In this document: positions 12,582 through 27,119 of the stretch, one piece after another
How the letters are laid out: the number at the start of each line of letters is the position of its first letter
How positions within the stretch are numbered: the first letter of the stretch is position 1
Notes under the pieces: generated by a model
Seen by the model: the letters and a program-made list of their open reading frames with translations, nothing else
Told to the model about the DNA's origin: nothing
The model's database searches: none
DNA from: Blasia pusilla
Taxonomy: Eukaryota
Assembly (NCBI GenBank): GCA_050084515.1
Contig: CM114271.1
Coordinates: 44,268,001 to 44,332,000, forward strand
Direction of reading: 5' to 3'
Length of the DNA: 64,000 bases
Program-made: the position numbers and the translations under genes

Positions 12582-15500
12582 ATGACGAGGAAAAAAATGC
12601 AAGCAAGCAAGGTAGGGAGCATCACTCCCAAGTCCATGAGGACTCCTGCGTCACCATCTCCAGGGCCTCATTCGGCCAATAAGATAAGGCAACAAGAGAT
12701 AGAGGAGGAGGAAAGGGAAGCTGATATGCACAGGCACGAGCTTCTTGCAAAACGTGTTCTGGAGGCGCTCAAAAAACAAAACACAAAGGCTGAGGCATCG
12801 CATGCCTTGAAGAAAAGAGTCACTGACGAGAAACGTGAGAAAAAAGTCTGGACGCGTCCGTGAGGAGAGCAGAATTGGCAAAAGCTCGAAGGGAAAAAGC
12901 GATTGCCATTGAAGAAAGCCTTGCCTGTCCAACAGAGAGTGTTGAGATGCAGGAAATATCCTTGATGAAGTATGGGGAGACCATGAATATAAAATCGGCT
13001 GAGGAAACGGCCAAAGTTCAAGTGACGGACGATGAGGTCTTGAGGACGACAAGCGTGGAGATGGTGGACATCTCTGAAGAAGCAGGAGAACAATCTTCCT
13101 TATCTTTGAGCCAAGCCAAAGAAATTGACCTTTATCGGATCGATGAGTTTCATGTGGACTTGCCAAATGCTGTCCCAGAGCAGTTGGCGGGCCAAGACAT
13201 TGACCCAATCTTTGAGCGGGTAAGAAACGTTTGAGTTATGTGAAGGCCCATGATGCAATTCATTGGCAAAACAGTGTAGTTTATTGACTTGGTCCCCATT
13301 GTGGGGGGCTGTTAAGCAGATGGCACTGATGGAGGGCCAAAATACCCCGAGAATTCCACTTTGCCGATTGTGGACAATGGAGTACATCCAAGAAATTCAG
13401 TCGGAGGAGGATGTTGCAGAGCTGAAATAATTGTCAGCGACAGCATCCTACATCGACAACTTCCCTCCGTTCTATGTTCACCCTTACGATAAACATGGAA
13501 CCCAAGCGTTGGTGACGGAAGAGGACTTGGAAGCGCTCGATATATTCTGGAGGATGAGAGATCAGGAGTTCACAAGAGCGATTGAGGGGACGCTTTTTAT
13601 CTCGATGCGGAACCTTTACTTCTTCATCTCGGATGGAAACCAGAGGTACAGGGCGTGGACCCAGTTTGCGGAGGAGAGCCCAAATTCTTTGGAGGCAGCC
13701 GTGCTCCATCCATTTCCTCATCACATGGAAATGGTGGAAATGGCAATGCATGCCATGAATACTTAAGTTTCCTCTTCCTTAATTTTGATTGCTTCAACTT
13801 GCGGTGTCAGACGGGTTGCATAATTGGAAAGCTTCAAGCGAATCGTCGAAGTCCGACGGGTTGCCTGGTGGCCAAGCACACGAGAGAAAGCCGGGATACC
13901 GAAATCATTCCACCATCAACGGGTGTAAAAATGAGTGCATGATGTATATGTTCCGCAAACCGTTGGACTCCGACGAGTTGTTAAACTAGTGGTAACAAAT
14001 CATCGGACGCCTTAAAGCAACTCGTTGGAGTCCGACGAGTTGCTAGACTGTCCCCTATTTTTGGGATGTTTTTGGCCGAAAGCAACTCGTCGGACTCCGA
14101 CGGGTTGCATTTGCCCCCATGGGTAGGTGGTCGGAGTAGGAGAGCTTGCTTTTAGGCATCCAATTCTAGCTTTACTAAAAATTACGCAACCTATCAGACT
14201 CCGATGGATTGATATATGCAGTTTTTTTCCGGAAACATGTCTCTGAATGGAAATCATCTTACAACCCGTCGGACTCCGACGGATTGTAACCACACAATCA
14301 CAAATCCGAGTGCAATCCGTCGGACTCCGATGGGTTGCAATTATCGCTAAAAATTTACGTGAGTGTTGCAATAAGTGTAACAAAAAAAAACGTGTTGTGA
14401 CCCGTCGGACCCAGACGGGTTGCAATATTTTTCTATGTGCTACCATTTCAACCATCAGGTGTTGCGACCAGTCGGAGTCGAACGGGTAGCAAGAACCCTG
14501 TAGCTTGCAATAATTCTTAGTGTGTGTTTGGATGTGCAGCCGTCACAATCCTTTGTTGGTCGAAGATCGAGGCCGCCAAGAAGAGCGCTTCATTGGAACT
14601 AGAGCGAAGGGAGAACGTGTCTGCGTCTGAACGTGCAAAGTTCATCCATGCTACAATATCTGTAGCTACAAAGTACACTGCAAGCAAGATGCAGCGCTAC
14701 ATTGCCATTCTGAACTCGGAACTTGGCCCTGAATTCTACAAGGAGCTCAAGGCGATAATGAAGCGCTAGGGGAAGAGAGACAAAGATCCACAGGATCGGA
14801 TCGGTGAGAAAGTATCTCTGGACCACGTTCACAGATTTGCACTGTCTGGAATTTCCGAGTTTAGGATAATCCGACTGATGATAATCAATCTCGAGGGCGC
14901 AGAGGCCCACAAGAGGGCGGCACACCATCCTCGAGGAGTTTCTAATCTAGTGATCTCCCATTGGCTACGTGAATGGTCATTTTGGGACGCGCTGCGGCTT
15001 CTCGGGAAGTCCATGCTCGTGGGTCTTCAAGTGGAGCTGAAGAAGATAGAGCCAGTTCCGGAGGAAGCAAACCTAGAGAGTGCTAGAGATTTCAAACTAT
15101 GGCTTGATGACATCCGAGACAAGCCCACGAAAAACCTAGGCTTCAAGATGATGTTCAAGAATGACATCCTCCCTCAGGCAGAGCTGGATGAAGAAATTGA
15201 GGCCAAAAAAGGCATTTTGCAAAGGAGAAGAGGGATCTTCAAGAGCAGGCGGCGGATTCATCTTGACAAAGAGCTGCCCAACGGATGGTGTACATGTACC
15301 TCATCAATTGTAAGAATGTAGGTACCTGAAAAAAAATATTGGCAACTTGCAAATTGTGGGCTTCTCCGCCTGATGGAGAGGCATTTTCCATGTACGACAT
15401 GGAGATGGCACAGGGCATTTCCGATTGGGAGGTTGACAATTGCCCAATCTGGTTGGACTTCAACGACCGTGAGGACATAACTGAAAAAAATCTATGCATG

Positions 15501-17043
15501 GTGTATGATACAGTGGTCGTAGGTAGGGATGACATTCCAAATTTCATGCTTGAAGATTTTTTTTGAAGGAGATGCGGAGGAGCAAGCCCTCGAGACAGCG
15601 GAGTTGGTGTCCAAGGTAGTCACCGCCAAGGACAAATCTACAGCGGGTCTGAAAGGACAAATTGACCATGCTGGGACAAAAACTTCAACGAAATGGGCAC
15701 GCTCCCTAGACGGTCAATGGGGTGGTCGAGGACGTGGCGGTGGATCTCCTCATCGTAGATTTGCCCTCTAGTTTTCACTTGTGGGACAAAAATATGTCTG
15801 GCACTATTCCAAACAGGAATGTCCCTCTTACCTATGACCAGATCACGCTCTTGTTTTCTTTTGCAGACGCTTATCAAAGTGACACAGGTTGTTTCTTGGT
15901 CTTGATTGGAGGGGGCAAGGACAAGCTCTTCAACCTTCAATGCGTGAAGAGGTCGCTGAAGTAGAGGACGGCGCAATCATGGGTCATCAAGAACGAGTAT
16001 CCACTCCGATTGGCGACGAGTCAAGTCTTGGTAAGGGCTCTTAATCCAAATTCAAATCCGTTGGGCTCTGACGGGTTGCATCTGTGCATGCAACCCCTCG
16101 GATCCCAAGAGCTTGTGGCTGCAGTGTTGCAATCCGTCTGAAAGCGACGGGTTGCAAATTTACCACAAGTCTCCATTGAGTGAGTGCAACCTGTTGGAAT
16201 TCAACGAGTTGCAAGTTCTTTTTCTTTTCCTTCTGTTTCTGGAGTGATGCAACCCGTCAGAAAGCAAAGGGTTGCTCTAAGTCAGCAACCTGTCGGCTTC
16301 CGACGGGTTGCTCATCGCAAAAAAAAAACAATTACACTTGTAAAACAACCCGTCGGACTCCGACAGGTTGCTCTACTGTTAGGACTTTAGGTCAAGTTCT
16401 TATGGGTTGGTAATCAACAGGGACTAGAATGCACTATGGACGTATTGCACATTGTGTGGCCATATTGAGAGTAGACCAGCGGTCAAGTAGCTCTTTCTTT
16501 TTGCTGACATTGTTTCCAACATGCTTCTTTACAGATGGACCACTCCTTTGTTTACTGTTTTGTAAGGCCCGAGCACAACTTCCAGGTGTTCCAGATCCTC
16601 GATCCCGTCGATCCATGCTCTGATGGGTACAACTTAGATAGTTTATACAATCCCCCGGAATTTACATGCAAGACGGGACCCCCTTACTTGGAGGAAGGGG
16701 AAAATCCCCTGCCTTGATGCAAACGCTCGTCGAGCTCTGTTCAAGGCCGGGTGACTTGGTCTTCGACTTAGTGGGTCTATCAGGGGCGAGTATCAGAGGC
16801 GTCTGGAAGAGTGGCAAGAACATTATCTGCCTTGAGGGAAGGAAGGAACTTTATGACCTTTGCAAAGAGGCAAAGGGAGATTATGACAGGCTAGTTGGAG
16901 CATAAAACTCTCCTCCAAAGCCGAGAGCTCCGGTTCCAGACCCACCATTGGTAGTGACACCATCGTCACTTCCCACTATTCCAAAAATTGGGAGGGCAAG
17001 GCCGACAGTAATTATGGAAGAGCTCTCGGACGATGACGAGTGA
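12582..17043 (+). pseudogene. Spliced cargo gene: coiled coil + ParB-like motif + beta-class N4C/N6A DNA methyltransferase-like domain (copy 1)
   Basis: FFISDGNQRYRAW (ParB/Srx-type DGxxR), VDLLIVDLP (motif IV position), then KSPALMQTLVELCSRPGDLVFDLVGLSGASIRGVWKSGKNIICLE (motifs X-I-II). GT donors at 13220 and 16031, AG acceptor at 16533-16534. Several stops and frameshifts. Confidence 0.75.
13800..14500. repeat. Intronic cluster of the 27-bp palindrome GCAACCCGTCGGA-N-TCCGACGGGTTGC
   Basis: Example at 14082-14108: gcaactcgtcggactccgacgggttgc. About ten variants in this interval; further clusters at ~16060-16370 and ~17545-17950. Confidence 0.9.
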
Positions 17044-18835
17044 GTTCAAAGAACTAAAGGACCCAGCTTGACTGAAGCGTTTTGGAGTAGGGATTTATTG
17101 GTTACCAAGGACAGAGCACATATTGATACTGGACGGGTGTCGCCTTGCAGAGCGTACAAGATTTACTGTCGAGGAAGGCGGTGGGACTCAAATTAGGTTA
17201 CATGGGACCGTTATGGTGTATCTAGGAGGGGGGAAAGGCTCTCGAATTCCCCAACATTTTTTATCCCCGTCTACAATCGGCCAGAGGAGCCACTTGTATC
17301 CCAAGACATTCCTTTTGTACAGGAACCTAGGAGAGTTAGGAGTAAATTTGTAGATGACAAGGCTGAAGAAATCATAGACTAGATCAAATGTACATTTCTG
17401 AGCTTCCTCGGAAATGTACATTTTTTAATAAAGATGTAATAAAGGATGAGAATTTTTTGATCCATGATGGTGTTTGTAAATTTTTTTTGAATATCTTTTT
17501 TGGTCTTGTCGATTGTGTTGGTCTATCTACTCAGACTGTTTATTTTGCAACCCGTCAGATTCCGACAGGTTGCAACTTCTCACAATATTTTAACCACTTT
17601 CAGGCAACCTGTCGGATTCCGACAGGTTGGCTGCTTGAGTGATTGGACTCTTTCCCTGTTAGTCCAACTTTTGAGGCATTCTGGCGGGCTTCTTCACTTT
17701 TGGCTCGTTTCCATATTATCGTCAAACCACTCGTAGGATTCTTCTCTTCTCTAAGATGTGTTGGATTCCTACTACCTTTTGGATTGCCATTTGGGATTCC
17801 CAACATGTTGGATTCTCATGGGGTGTAGGGCAGAATGGAATCACTTCTCAAAATCCTTCTTTTCTTATGGTAAGCTTGCTTGCAAGGGGTGTAACCCATC
17901 CGATTCTGACAGGTTGCAAGAGTTGCAACCTGTCGAATTCCGACGGGTTGAGAGTAGTACACCTTCTCGGATTCTCAGATTGAGGATCTGAATGAAGGGA
18001 CATGGGTGCGTCAGTTACTCTCTACTCCTAACAGCTAAATGCATTTTGCTTCAATTGTCGTCTCGTCTGATCACGTTTTCTTTTTTGATCAGTTCCTCTT
18101 TACTCCTAACATCTATCAATCTTTTGGTTCAATTGTCGTCTCATATGTTCATATTTCTCAATGGCAGAGAGAATGGTGAAACCAAGTTGTCAAACGCACA
18201 GCAGTCCATGGTATACTTTGTGCACCCATTCAAGAGCCCACATCATCAAATGATGTAATGAAAGTCTAAGGCTACCATGAGTGACAAGTGATTTGTTCTG
18301 TTGTGGAAAACCTCCTTATGGATGAGTATTGATGCCTTCTGCAAGAAGAGTCAACAATCATTTAAAGGCATTTCCTTTTGCCTTTCTTTTGCCCCTTATT
18401 GAGGAGTATTTTATGCCTTTTGCAAGAAGAGATGTCAATCCATAATGTCAACCATATATTCCGAGAAGTTAAACTTTGAATGGCATCGCAGTCTATTGAG
18501 ACCATAGTTAGAGTAGTTAAAAATACCCGTGGGCATAGCTTAGTATAGACTGAGACATGCAATGTGAAGAAACTTAGGCTCACATGGAGAGTGATGGAAG
18601 AATGTTTGTAGTGGTCTTATGATGTCCACTTGTTTTTCGCCCCCTCGAAAAAGGAGGTTACTTTAGGCCCGAATGTGGTCCACCTGCTTCTCTCTTCTAA
18701 AGATTTCTTTTATTTTAAAGCAAATTTTTTTTTCAAATATGTCAAAAAGTTTTGAAGAGAGGATGCAGATTTTGCCCTTTTTTTTTTAAGAGAGACTCAC
18801 CTCTCTTTCTCTCTCCTGCCAGAATACGAGCCCCC

Positions 18836-21800
18836 CACAAACACACACGATCCCATGCTAACTCATGGCATCCATACACACAGGCAAGAAGTACCAAAAT
18901 ATCTTCAATCGCTCCCCTAGCTCGTGGTTAGGTCCTTCTAACTCCAGATAGCCATCTATCCCTACCTACCACGACATACATCTCTAGACGCCTTCCTGTC
19001 TCCATGTCACAAAAAAAGTTGTTAGTTTTTAGTCGCCTTCCTGTCATCCATATCACAAAAAAAGTCAGAATCGAAACCTACCTAGTATCTCTTCTATGTA
19101 TATTTGGGACACATCCATCGTCTTCGAGGAACCCTAGTGAGAGGTGGCGTCAGACATGCCATATGCCAACTAGCATATGGCATGTCTAACTTGAACATCC
19201 ATCATAGACTAGCATCGTGGCCGCACCACGGGCAGAACCACACAACATACAACGCAAGCATGCAAGAACTACTGCTAAGCTCTGATCTACTCTACCATCA
19301 ATGTTAGGAAGGTGAAATCGCGCACAATTATGCACATAATCCCTCCATACCATACCATCGTGTCCCTCCAGCAAGAAAACACTCGATGGCAAAACGTCAC
19401 GCACTCTCAAGATAGTGCGTCCTGCAGTCACATCCAACGTCATCGGTGTCGTCTGTTGCAACTAGACATAATCTCCCTGATGAAACCTCCAAATAGTTGG
19501 TCGATAACCACCACCCCAAATAGTCGCATACCTCAACGTATCCCGATGTTGTGTAATCTCCAAGTTCTCGAACGCCATGGGCATCACTCTCCGAAATAAC
19601 TCAGCCCTCTCAGAACATGCTTGCATCCATACATCTAAGTCATCAAGGTCTAGCACCTCACCAGCATCTTGACGAATGGCCGTAGGTAAATCTCGCTCTC
19701 GGCCATAAAGTAGCAAGTACGGTGAAAAAGACACTAAGGATGCCTGCCTACTGAATCTGTATCCCATCCCCAACCAGGGCAACTGGAGGTCCCAATCTCC
19801 TAGGTGACCTCTCTGCAAGCCATACTTGCGTAAACCCCTCTTCACCGTTTGCACAACTCTCTCCGCTAATCCATCCGTCTCGGGATGATCTCGCGAAGTC
19901 ATGCGGTGGTCGATCAGCGCGTGATCACACAAGGTCTAGAACTCACCGCAAAACTTGGTACCCTGGTCTGTCAACACCTCAACTGATACGCCATAATGAC
20001 TCAACACTCTATCAAGGAAGGCATAAGTTACTCCCTCACTCGCTTTGTCACGCAATGCAACCAACTCAATCCACTTTGAGAACTGCTCGACCATCACCAA
20101 CACATAACGACTGTGACGCTCTATCAAAGGCATAGATCCTGCAAAATCCAAACTCCATCTATATCCTTAGCCCATAATCGGTAATGGATGCAACTGTGGA
20201 GTTGGAGCATTGAACGATGCTCGGACCCGATCACACACCACGCACCTGCCAACAAACTGATGAACGTCAATCTGCATGCCTCGCCACCAATATTGAATCT
20301 GGAGCAAGTTGTACATCCGCTTCATCCCAAAGTGACCCAACTCCTTGTGGGCATGTTGCACTAGTTGTGCTCTCCGTGAAGGATGCGGCACTATGCCTAC
20401 GATGCCATCCTCCCAAACCCTCAAAACATGTGTCCCCTCCCTACGGAACCGTCTAGCCCGCTGTAGGATCCGATCCTGCTCTCTAGCACCCACAGTGCTC
20501 GCAACGTTGCTTGTACGAAAGTACTCCAAGACTTCTCCATCATCATGAATATCTCGGCCACTTGTTGTCTCACTCACTGGCCTCGGGATCCAAGGACTCT
20601 CCACTAGGCCTCGCCATCGAAGTCTCCACACTCTGGTTCTCCATAGCATACATGCCTAAATAGGCTGACGCGTGCCATCATGGCATTGACTCCTCATCAC
20701 TCTCTCAATAGAATTGTCAGGAATGAGAGTTTCCTCTGCATGGACATGTCCCTCAATCAAATCACTAGGCCAAGTGATGGCACTGCTAAATGCTGCTAAG
20801 ATCGCCATCTCTCATGGTCGTTGCTTGATCATTACACGTGTGAATCGAACGGGTAATGAGCTAAGGCGCCCATCACCTGACTCCCATCCTAGTCTGTAGG
20901 ACCTACTTGTAATCTAGGGAAAACCCCATCGGGTATAACACTGCTCCACCAACCAAGACGTCGTAGGACTCTCCATCAGTCACTATCGCCTTGGCTCGCA
21001 CCATGGACTCATCTATAGGGTGTCTCGAGCGAATCCTCACCACGACCTCTTGTCGGGTGATATACTATGTGGTAATCGCTCCACCCAAGGATCTCTCTAT
21101 CCGGAATGGACAACGCTCCACATCGGCTTTCGTCAAGCCCAATCCTCTTAATGACGCTTTCCCCAACATTAGGGGTTGCGCTCCTGAATCCAACAAGACG
21201 AGCTGCGGACTAAAAGCTCTACCTCCGGGATTCACCAACTGGAAGACCTCTCCTTGGTTATCTAGCAATACAACACCAGGAGAAGCCATGGCACGCTCTA
21301 TCTCGGGTCTAGCGGGCATCTCCGCCATCCTAGGAGCCGCAGCCTGCCATGAACCTCACGTGGACGGCCCGAGCATCCGCTTCAAGGGCCGGTCCATCAC
21401 CTCCTCTCTAGTCACCTATGAACGTGATGCAAGAACTCCAACTCCACGTTCACATAGTGTAGCGGCCAGCCAAAATCCTTGGCGAGCGTACCCCCCAACG
21501 TCATAACATCGAAAGCAGAAGGGACGTGGTATACAATGGTGGCCGCCCCCAACAACGTGCTCGACACATGCCCCTCTTGAGCATCAACAATAGGAGTCAT
21601 TGCACTCGCCTCTCCCATCACCCTCTGTGCCTCCACACCAACAACATCACCAACTCTCAAGGAACTCTGATAAGGACCCATCGATGGAGTCCTCATCGCC
21701 TCAGACAACGTGAAAGATTGAGGAAGCCTAGTCTGTTTCCTGGCTTTCCCTCGCTATGGATCCAACTTTGCGGCTGCTCCACACATCACAATTGTGGCTG

Positions 21801-21836
21801 CCTCCATTTGGGCAACCCCGCATATCCAACCAGGAT
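18836..21836 (-). mobile_element. Gypsy-type DNMT retroelement copy 2, internally deleted
   Basis: Protease (VLLDSGAQPL) joins directly to the pre-integrase linker at ~20707. Integrase (DFAG, TDQG, DGLAERVVQ) and a decayed PHD remain; MTase, RT and RNase H are absent. Confidence 0.9.
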
Positions 21837-22246
21837 GAGGTGCGGTAAGAGGAGAGGAAGAGAGGAAGAGAGGAGAGAGGAGAGAGGAGAGAGGAAACTA
21901 CCTTCAACCGAAATAGATACTTTTTTTTGAAGAGAGTTTCCGTTGGGTTGAAGAGAGGAAACTTTTTGTGTGAATTTTTTTGCACTTTTTTGTTCATTTA
22001 TTAAACAATCCCACAGTTTTTTGTTCCTCTTCCATATTTTGGCAACCCCTTTGAGTCCGACGAGTTGCAAATTGCACAAAATTTACAAAACTGAGAAATC
22101 AGTGGAATCATAAGTGTGGAATCAATCACTTTTTCCATCCAAGGTCTGGAAAAAATCTATCATTTGCCCCGGGCTGAATAGAGTTCAAGCTCACAGTGAA
22201 GGTTGAGAAAAAATAAAAGTACAATCTTAAACTTCATTTTGCATCC

Positions 22247-25200
22247 TCAAAGTGGTTTGTTTAAAATACTTCGAACTTCTTTGAGGGACAGAATTGGTTG
22301 GTGGATTCCTACTCCTACCTCCGACTCTCTTAAAACTACCAGCAACACATAGTACATGTGCTTACAAGGGAAATACCTTTTGCCACTTGTCTCTCTTTGG
22401 ACAAAGTCATCACATGAACATGCGGGAAAGCAACAGATGTGCACCACATACACCCCTATGACACTTGAATTTACAGTGTTGTTCCTGACCCAATACATCC
22501 TTCCTATTCCATTGCCACTCATGACATCTTTCGTGGCGATGATCTCCATTTTTGCCTCCCGAGCTGCTACAATTCGTTTTGCTCTCTCCACCGTTGGCCT
22601 ACACATTCTGTTTCTCTTCACCCCATTTCTAGACTCAAACAAAAATAATGGATTGAGATCATCCACCTTCTCCGGGTACATTTTGACATCAATCTTGGGT
22701 TGAATACGAAAATGCGAAGGTCTCTGTAATGCTGAACATGCTCCAAACTTCCCCGTCTCACGAGTCTGAAAGCGGCACTTGTAAGATTGTCCACCGTCTT
22801 GAGTGCGATTCGTACTGCGGCGATGGGGCCAAATCGTGGGGGTATTCTCGGGAGCTCCAATGGCAGCCGGATAAGACTTCGGAAAGCGCAAGATTCATTT
22901 GGGCAGAAGAAGTACTTCAATTGATCCCGGTCCTCGTGAAACGATCAAAGGTTTTGAGTCCCCAAAACCAGGCAAAGTGGTCGTCGGTCCTTATGCATTC
23001 TTATTTAGGAAAGTGCCGCATGCTCTCCTAATGCCATCGATTCGCCTGCGCAGTGGGTCCACGTCCTGGGTTGCTCCAAGATATATGCCATCGTTTTAGG
23101 TTGCAATCCACCTCCATTACCGGAATCCCATATTGTTGAACCACCCCAGTGACAGGATGTTGCGAACTTCCAGCAACGGAGGGCTTTTGAAATAAAACAT
23201 TCACTGATTTTGGAGAAGTAACTCCATCACGGATTTGGGACGGGTCCGGGGTCCCCGAATACCTGGGCGGTGTAATTTCCTCATCCAAATCAATCACCGG
23301 ATTTGTTCCTCGATGCTGCCTCTTCACCTGCCTGAAGTCAAGATACTTATCTGGTCTCCACGAATCTCGTTCGGACTGCTCTACCACCATCTGTATGGGA
23401 CGTCTTGAAACCCGCCCACGAATATCCCCACCTATGTGTACGTCTTGCTCGAGTGGAGTTCCAGCTACGCACCGGTTGAAGGCTTCGACATACAATTTTT
23501 CATCACCAGATCTCACAGCCGCCCTAACATAGAGCTCGTAGATCGACGGCCCTTTTCCTTTTGTTATGCCTTTTGTGAGGAAGATATGGGATGATTCAGA
23601 CTGTAGCATTGCTCTTGCCTGATCTTGTTGGCATGCCTCCACAAGTGAAATTCGTTGGCATGCTTGTGACGACCTCGAAGAGGAATGAACACTTTCTGCT
23701 CCACTTGTGTTAAAGGAGGGCATTTTCATGAACGTTCAATCCTGCAACGACGGCAATGTTAGAAGGGAACGAAAATAACCAGAGTCAAAGAAATAAGCGA
23801 CCTGTCGGAACCAGACGGGTTGTAGGCCCGAGGCATCCCATGAACGACTCTGCGACCCGTCGGGTCTCGACGTGTTGTAACCTTAAACCCACCTACTGCA
23901 ACCCGTCGGAACCTGACGGGTTGCAAGGCCAAGGCATCCCATGAACGACTCCGTGACCCGTCAGGTCCCGAATGGTTGCACACTCGGGACGACACCAAAC
24001 ATCAGGATGCAACCCATCGGTTTCCGTCGGGTTTTTCGGTTTCGTCGAGTTGTTCGGCAACCCGTCGGTTTCCGTCGGGTTGCACACTCGGGCAACCCGT
24101 CGCATCCGACAGCTTGCTTGGTTTCTTGGGTTTGAAATCCATATAATTCCCACGCTTCTCACTATGAGCTACAACTTTACAAACAATTCTCAGCGTGAGC
24201 TTGACAAGACAAAATAGTGAACTCACCTGCCGCATGAAGTTTCCCCATTGTCTCATATGTACAGTCCACCAACTCAACCAAGAGCACAACTCTTTGTACT
24301 TCCCCTCAATAGCATGCTTCCTCCACCACCCATGAAGTTCTTCCTGGCAGTCCATGGCCTGCTTCAAGGTTTTGCTGTCCTTGCAACGTTGGAGTAGAGT
24401 GACATGCTCTGTCCTCTTATTCTCCTTGATGCAAGATTTGGTGTACCGGGTCACAGACTGTTGTCAATGGAAAGCATCCGACCTTTCCCTCTCCGGTTGA
24501 ACCTCTCCATCCCAGAACACTTCCCGGATAGCAATCCACTCAGTTTGTGCATTGTCTGCGATGAACCCATAAATTTATGGAGGTGGCCTTTTGTTTTCCT
24601 TCACCACTTCCAATAAGAGTAACCAGCACATCTTCAAACTGCCAACGTCTTCTGCCTTTACTTCACACACAAATATAGTTTTGAGTCCCTTCTCCACATG
24701 GTCATAAACGTGAGCACCCATCGTCAACCATCCGTTCAGCACTCTGTAGCAAATATCAAAGCTGACCCAGCTCACGTAAAGATCTTCCCCTTCCCTCATT
24801 CGATCTATAAGATCGAGGCCACTCGAGGGACCTATGGTTGACATTTTGAAGACATAGGCCCTGGATCCCTTGCCTCCTTGGCCCATGAACTGCCATCTCT
24901 GAATGAATGGAAATCTGGAGTTGGCCTTGATTCTGGCGATGGCATCCATTTCGGCCGTCTTTCCATCTAGAACTCGTATCTGACGCAGCAAATTCCGGAA
25001 GCATTCAGGATCAGCGAGAAATGCGAGATTTTCCCAGAGTTGTTTCTCCTCAACCGCCGTGATCTCGCCCTATCCAGGGATTCCAAGCAATTTTTCACAA
25101 TTTTGTGATGCCGTTGTGAGCTTGATCACCCCGGGCTTTGAACCCGGAGAGTTTCTGAAGACCTCGGCTACTTTCTTCGCCACATCCTCCTTGATGTGTT

Positions 25201-26236
25201 TTTGAATTGCATCGGTCACAGGATGAGTGTGGGAGCCAACATGAATTGCCAGCCTTGTATACTCTGACGTGGAGCCCAAGTCTTGGACAATGAAAAATAT
25301 GTATGCAGGACACGCTCCAACGCAGAAGGGCGATGCCTGACAATGAAGACATCGATGGCCTCCCGGCGGTATTGTGGCACCCACCTCGTATGGAGTTTCT
25401 GCATTCTTGGGGGGGAATTGCGACGTATTGACTCGCCCGTTGCGCTCTAGATACGGGCATGCTGGACTTCTATACTCCAAGGCTCCCACGCATTGGCCGC
25501 GGGAGACAATCCAAGGACCATATGGGATGGAAGCACTGGTCCGTTGAAGCCTGCACCATCGATGACAATCAGACTTTCTGTCCATACCCTTCAGGCATCC
25601 TCCATCCTTCTTTTGAGCAGGAGCAGCAAGTGGAGGCAACTCAAAAATGCAATTACCATCGTACATGGCGGCGGCTAAATGTCGACAAGAATATGCTTGA
25701 ACATTTTCAAGGGCGAGACGAAAGCAAACTATTGCCCGATACTCGCAAGAGGAACAGTAGGCGGACCACAGGGCCGACCGGTGTCGACAGATCCGGCCGA
25801 GGTTGATAACATCCGAATCTCTTCATGAAGAACAACATTGTTACGAGTGTGCGGTTGGAGTCGGCCGGATCTGCGGCAGAGCTTGGAGTTGCAAACGAGA
25901 GCTCGGAGCACTAGGAAATTCTAGACCGTCTACTTGGGAAACGGACGAATTCGAAGGCGGGCCGTAAACTCTGTATTGACCATTTGCGCGGGTAGGAGAT
26001 TCCATACTTTACGGTGCGAGGTCTTTGGCTGGACGTCTCACCTATTATGTCTTCCGTACCTTCCACCTAACATCTTTGGATACAAAGATGGTTCCAATTT
26101 GAAGAAGAAATCGAAGCAGGACATAAAATTTTCATCCCCTTTGCTTTTAAAGACTCACGAGCTTGGGGTCGAATGATTTTTGATTGAGGAAGGGCCGCGG
26201 ATGATCGCCACAAGTGAGCTTAACATAATTATCCAT
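22247..26236 (-). pseudogene. MULE-family DDE transposase with N-terminal GCM/WRKY-like Zn domain and C-terminal SWIM finger
   Basis: Zn domain (CLHCQ..CPAYIF..IHVGSHTHP), first Asp WVSFDI..TMGAHVYD, second Asp GFIADNAQ with ERSDAFH (C/DxxH signature, read manually at ~24580-24465), Glu in SGAESVH, SWIM CSCDDF..CKH. GT-AG intron at 24226-23742. Start at 26236 is inferred. Confidence 0.85.
23790..24115. repeat. 27-bp palindrome cluster inside the transposase intron
   Basis: Several gcaacccgtcgg-N-ccgacgggttgc variants lie between the splice sites at 24226 and 23742. Confidence 0.85.
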
Positions 26237-26291
26237 TCCAAGAAGATTCCTACGGGAGGAGCGAGAATGAGAATGAGAATGAGAATATTTA

Positions 26292-27119
26292 ATTTATAGT
26301 GAATAGGAAACAGATACTCGATGATTTTTACCGACAAGATGAATTCGGTGGGGAGATTGTCGACACAATGGATCCAATTCAGAACACATTCAATTGTGTT
26401 GCAATATGTTACCGGATTTGGGGGAAGAGGGTCGCGCGCATCACTTGGAACCGTCGGAGTCCTGGTAACTCGAAATTACCGAAGCTTACGAAGCCGCAAC
26501 CCGTCGGCATCGGACGGGTTGCACGCTTCGCTAAACATTGTCGGCGAGCAACCCGTCACTCTCCGACGAATTGTTGGGATACCGCTCCTTCTTGCTCGAA
26601 GATGCCGGAGGCGTGCAAACCGTGTGTTCCCGACAAGTTCCGCGGGTGCCTTGCCTTTGAGCCCAAAGACGGCGAGGCGTGCAACCCGTCGCCGTCAATG
26701 GGTTGCGCATGGCGTCGCCGCTTGTGGTGTAGCGGCCGGACTCCGACGACTTGCACGGGAAGCCATCGTTCCTAACCCTTGATGAGGGAAGCGTGCAACC
26801 CAACAGTCTCCGAAGGATTGCCCAAAATACGTCTCGTTCCCGTCCCAAACACGGCGGAGGCGCGCAACATGTCGGTCTTCGACGGCTTGCGCGGGTACCT
26901 CGCGTTGTTTTCCGAAGACGACGGAGGCGCTCAACCCGTCGGTCTCCGACGGGTTGCTTGCGCACGTGGCGACGTTCGCAGGATGGCGGAGCTACGCAAC
27001 TTGTCGGACTCTGACGAGTTGCAATTTTTCACGTTCGGAATTCCGTAACATTCGGCACGTCGCCGTCGAAAGGACGACGGGATCCATCGGTCAGCCCAAC
27101 GGCTAGAAAAGTATAAATA
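26292..27119. promoter_or_regulatory. Putative bidirectional promoter region (TATA on - at ~26292-26298, TATA on + at 27112-27119) containing palindrome copies
   Basis: The two genes are head-to-head, with tataaat upstream of each inferred start. About 8 palindrome variants lie at 26496-27022. Confidence 0.5.

Larger units (their letters stand above)
12005..18835. mobile_element. Mutator-like element copy 1 (lacks the transposase half; keeps the ParB/MTase cargo gene and right terminus)
   Basis: Largely collinear with ~26750-34255. Shares the last ~270 bp and the terminus ...ctctctcctgccagaatac(g/c)agccccc. Confidence 0.85.
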
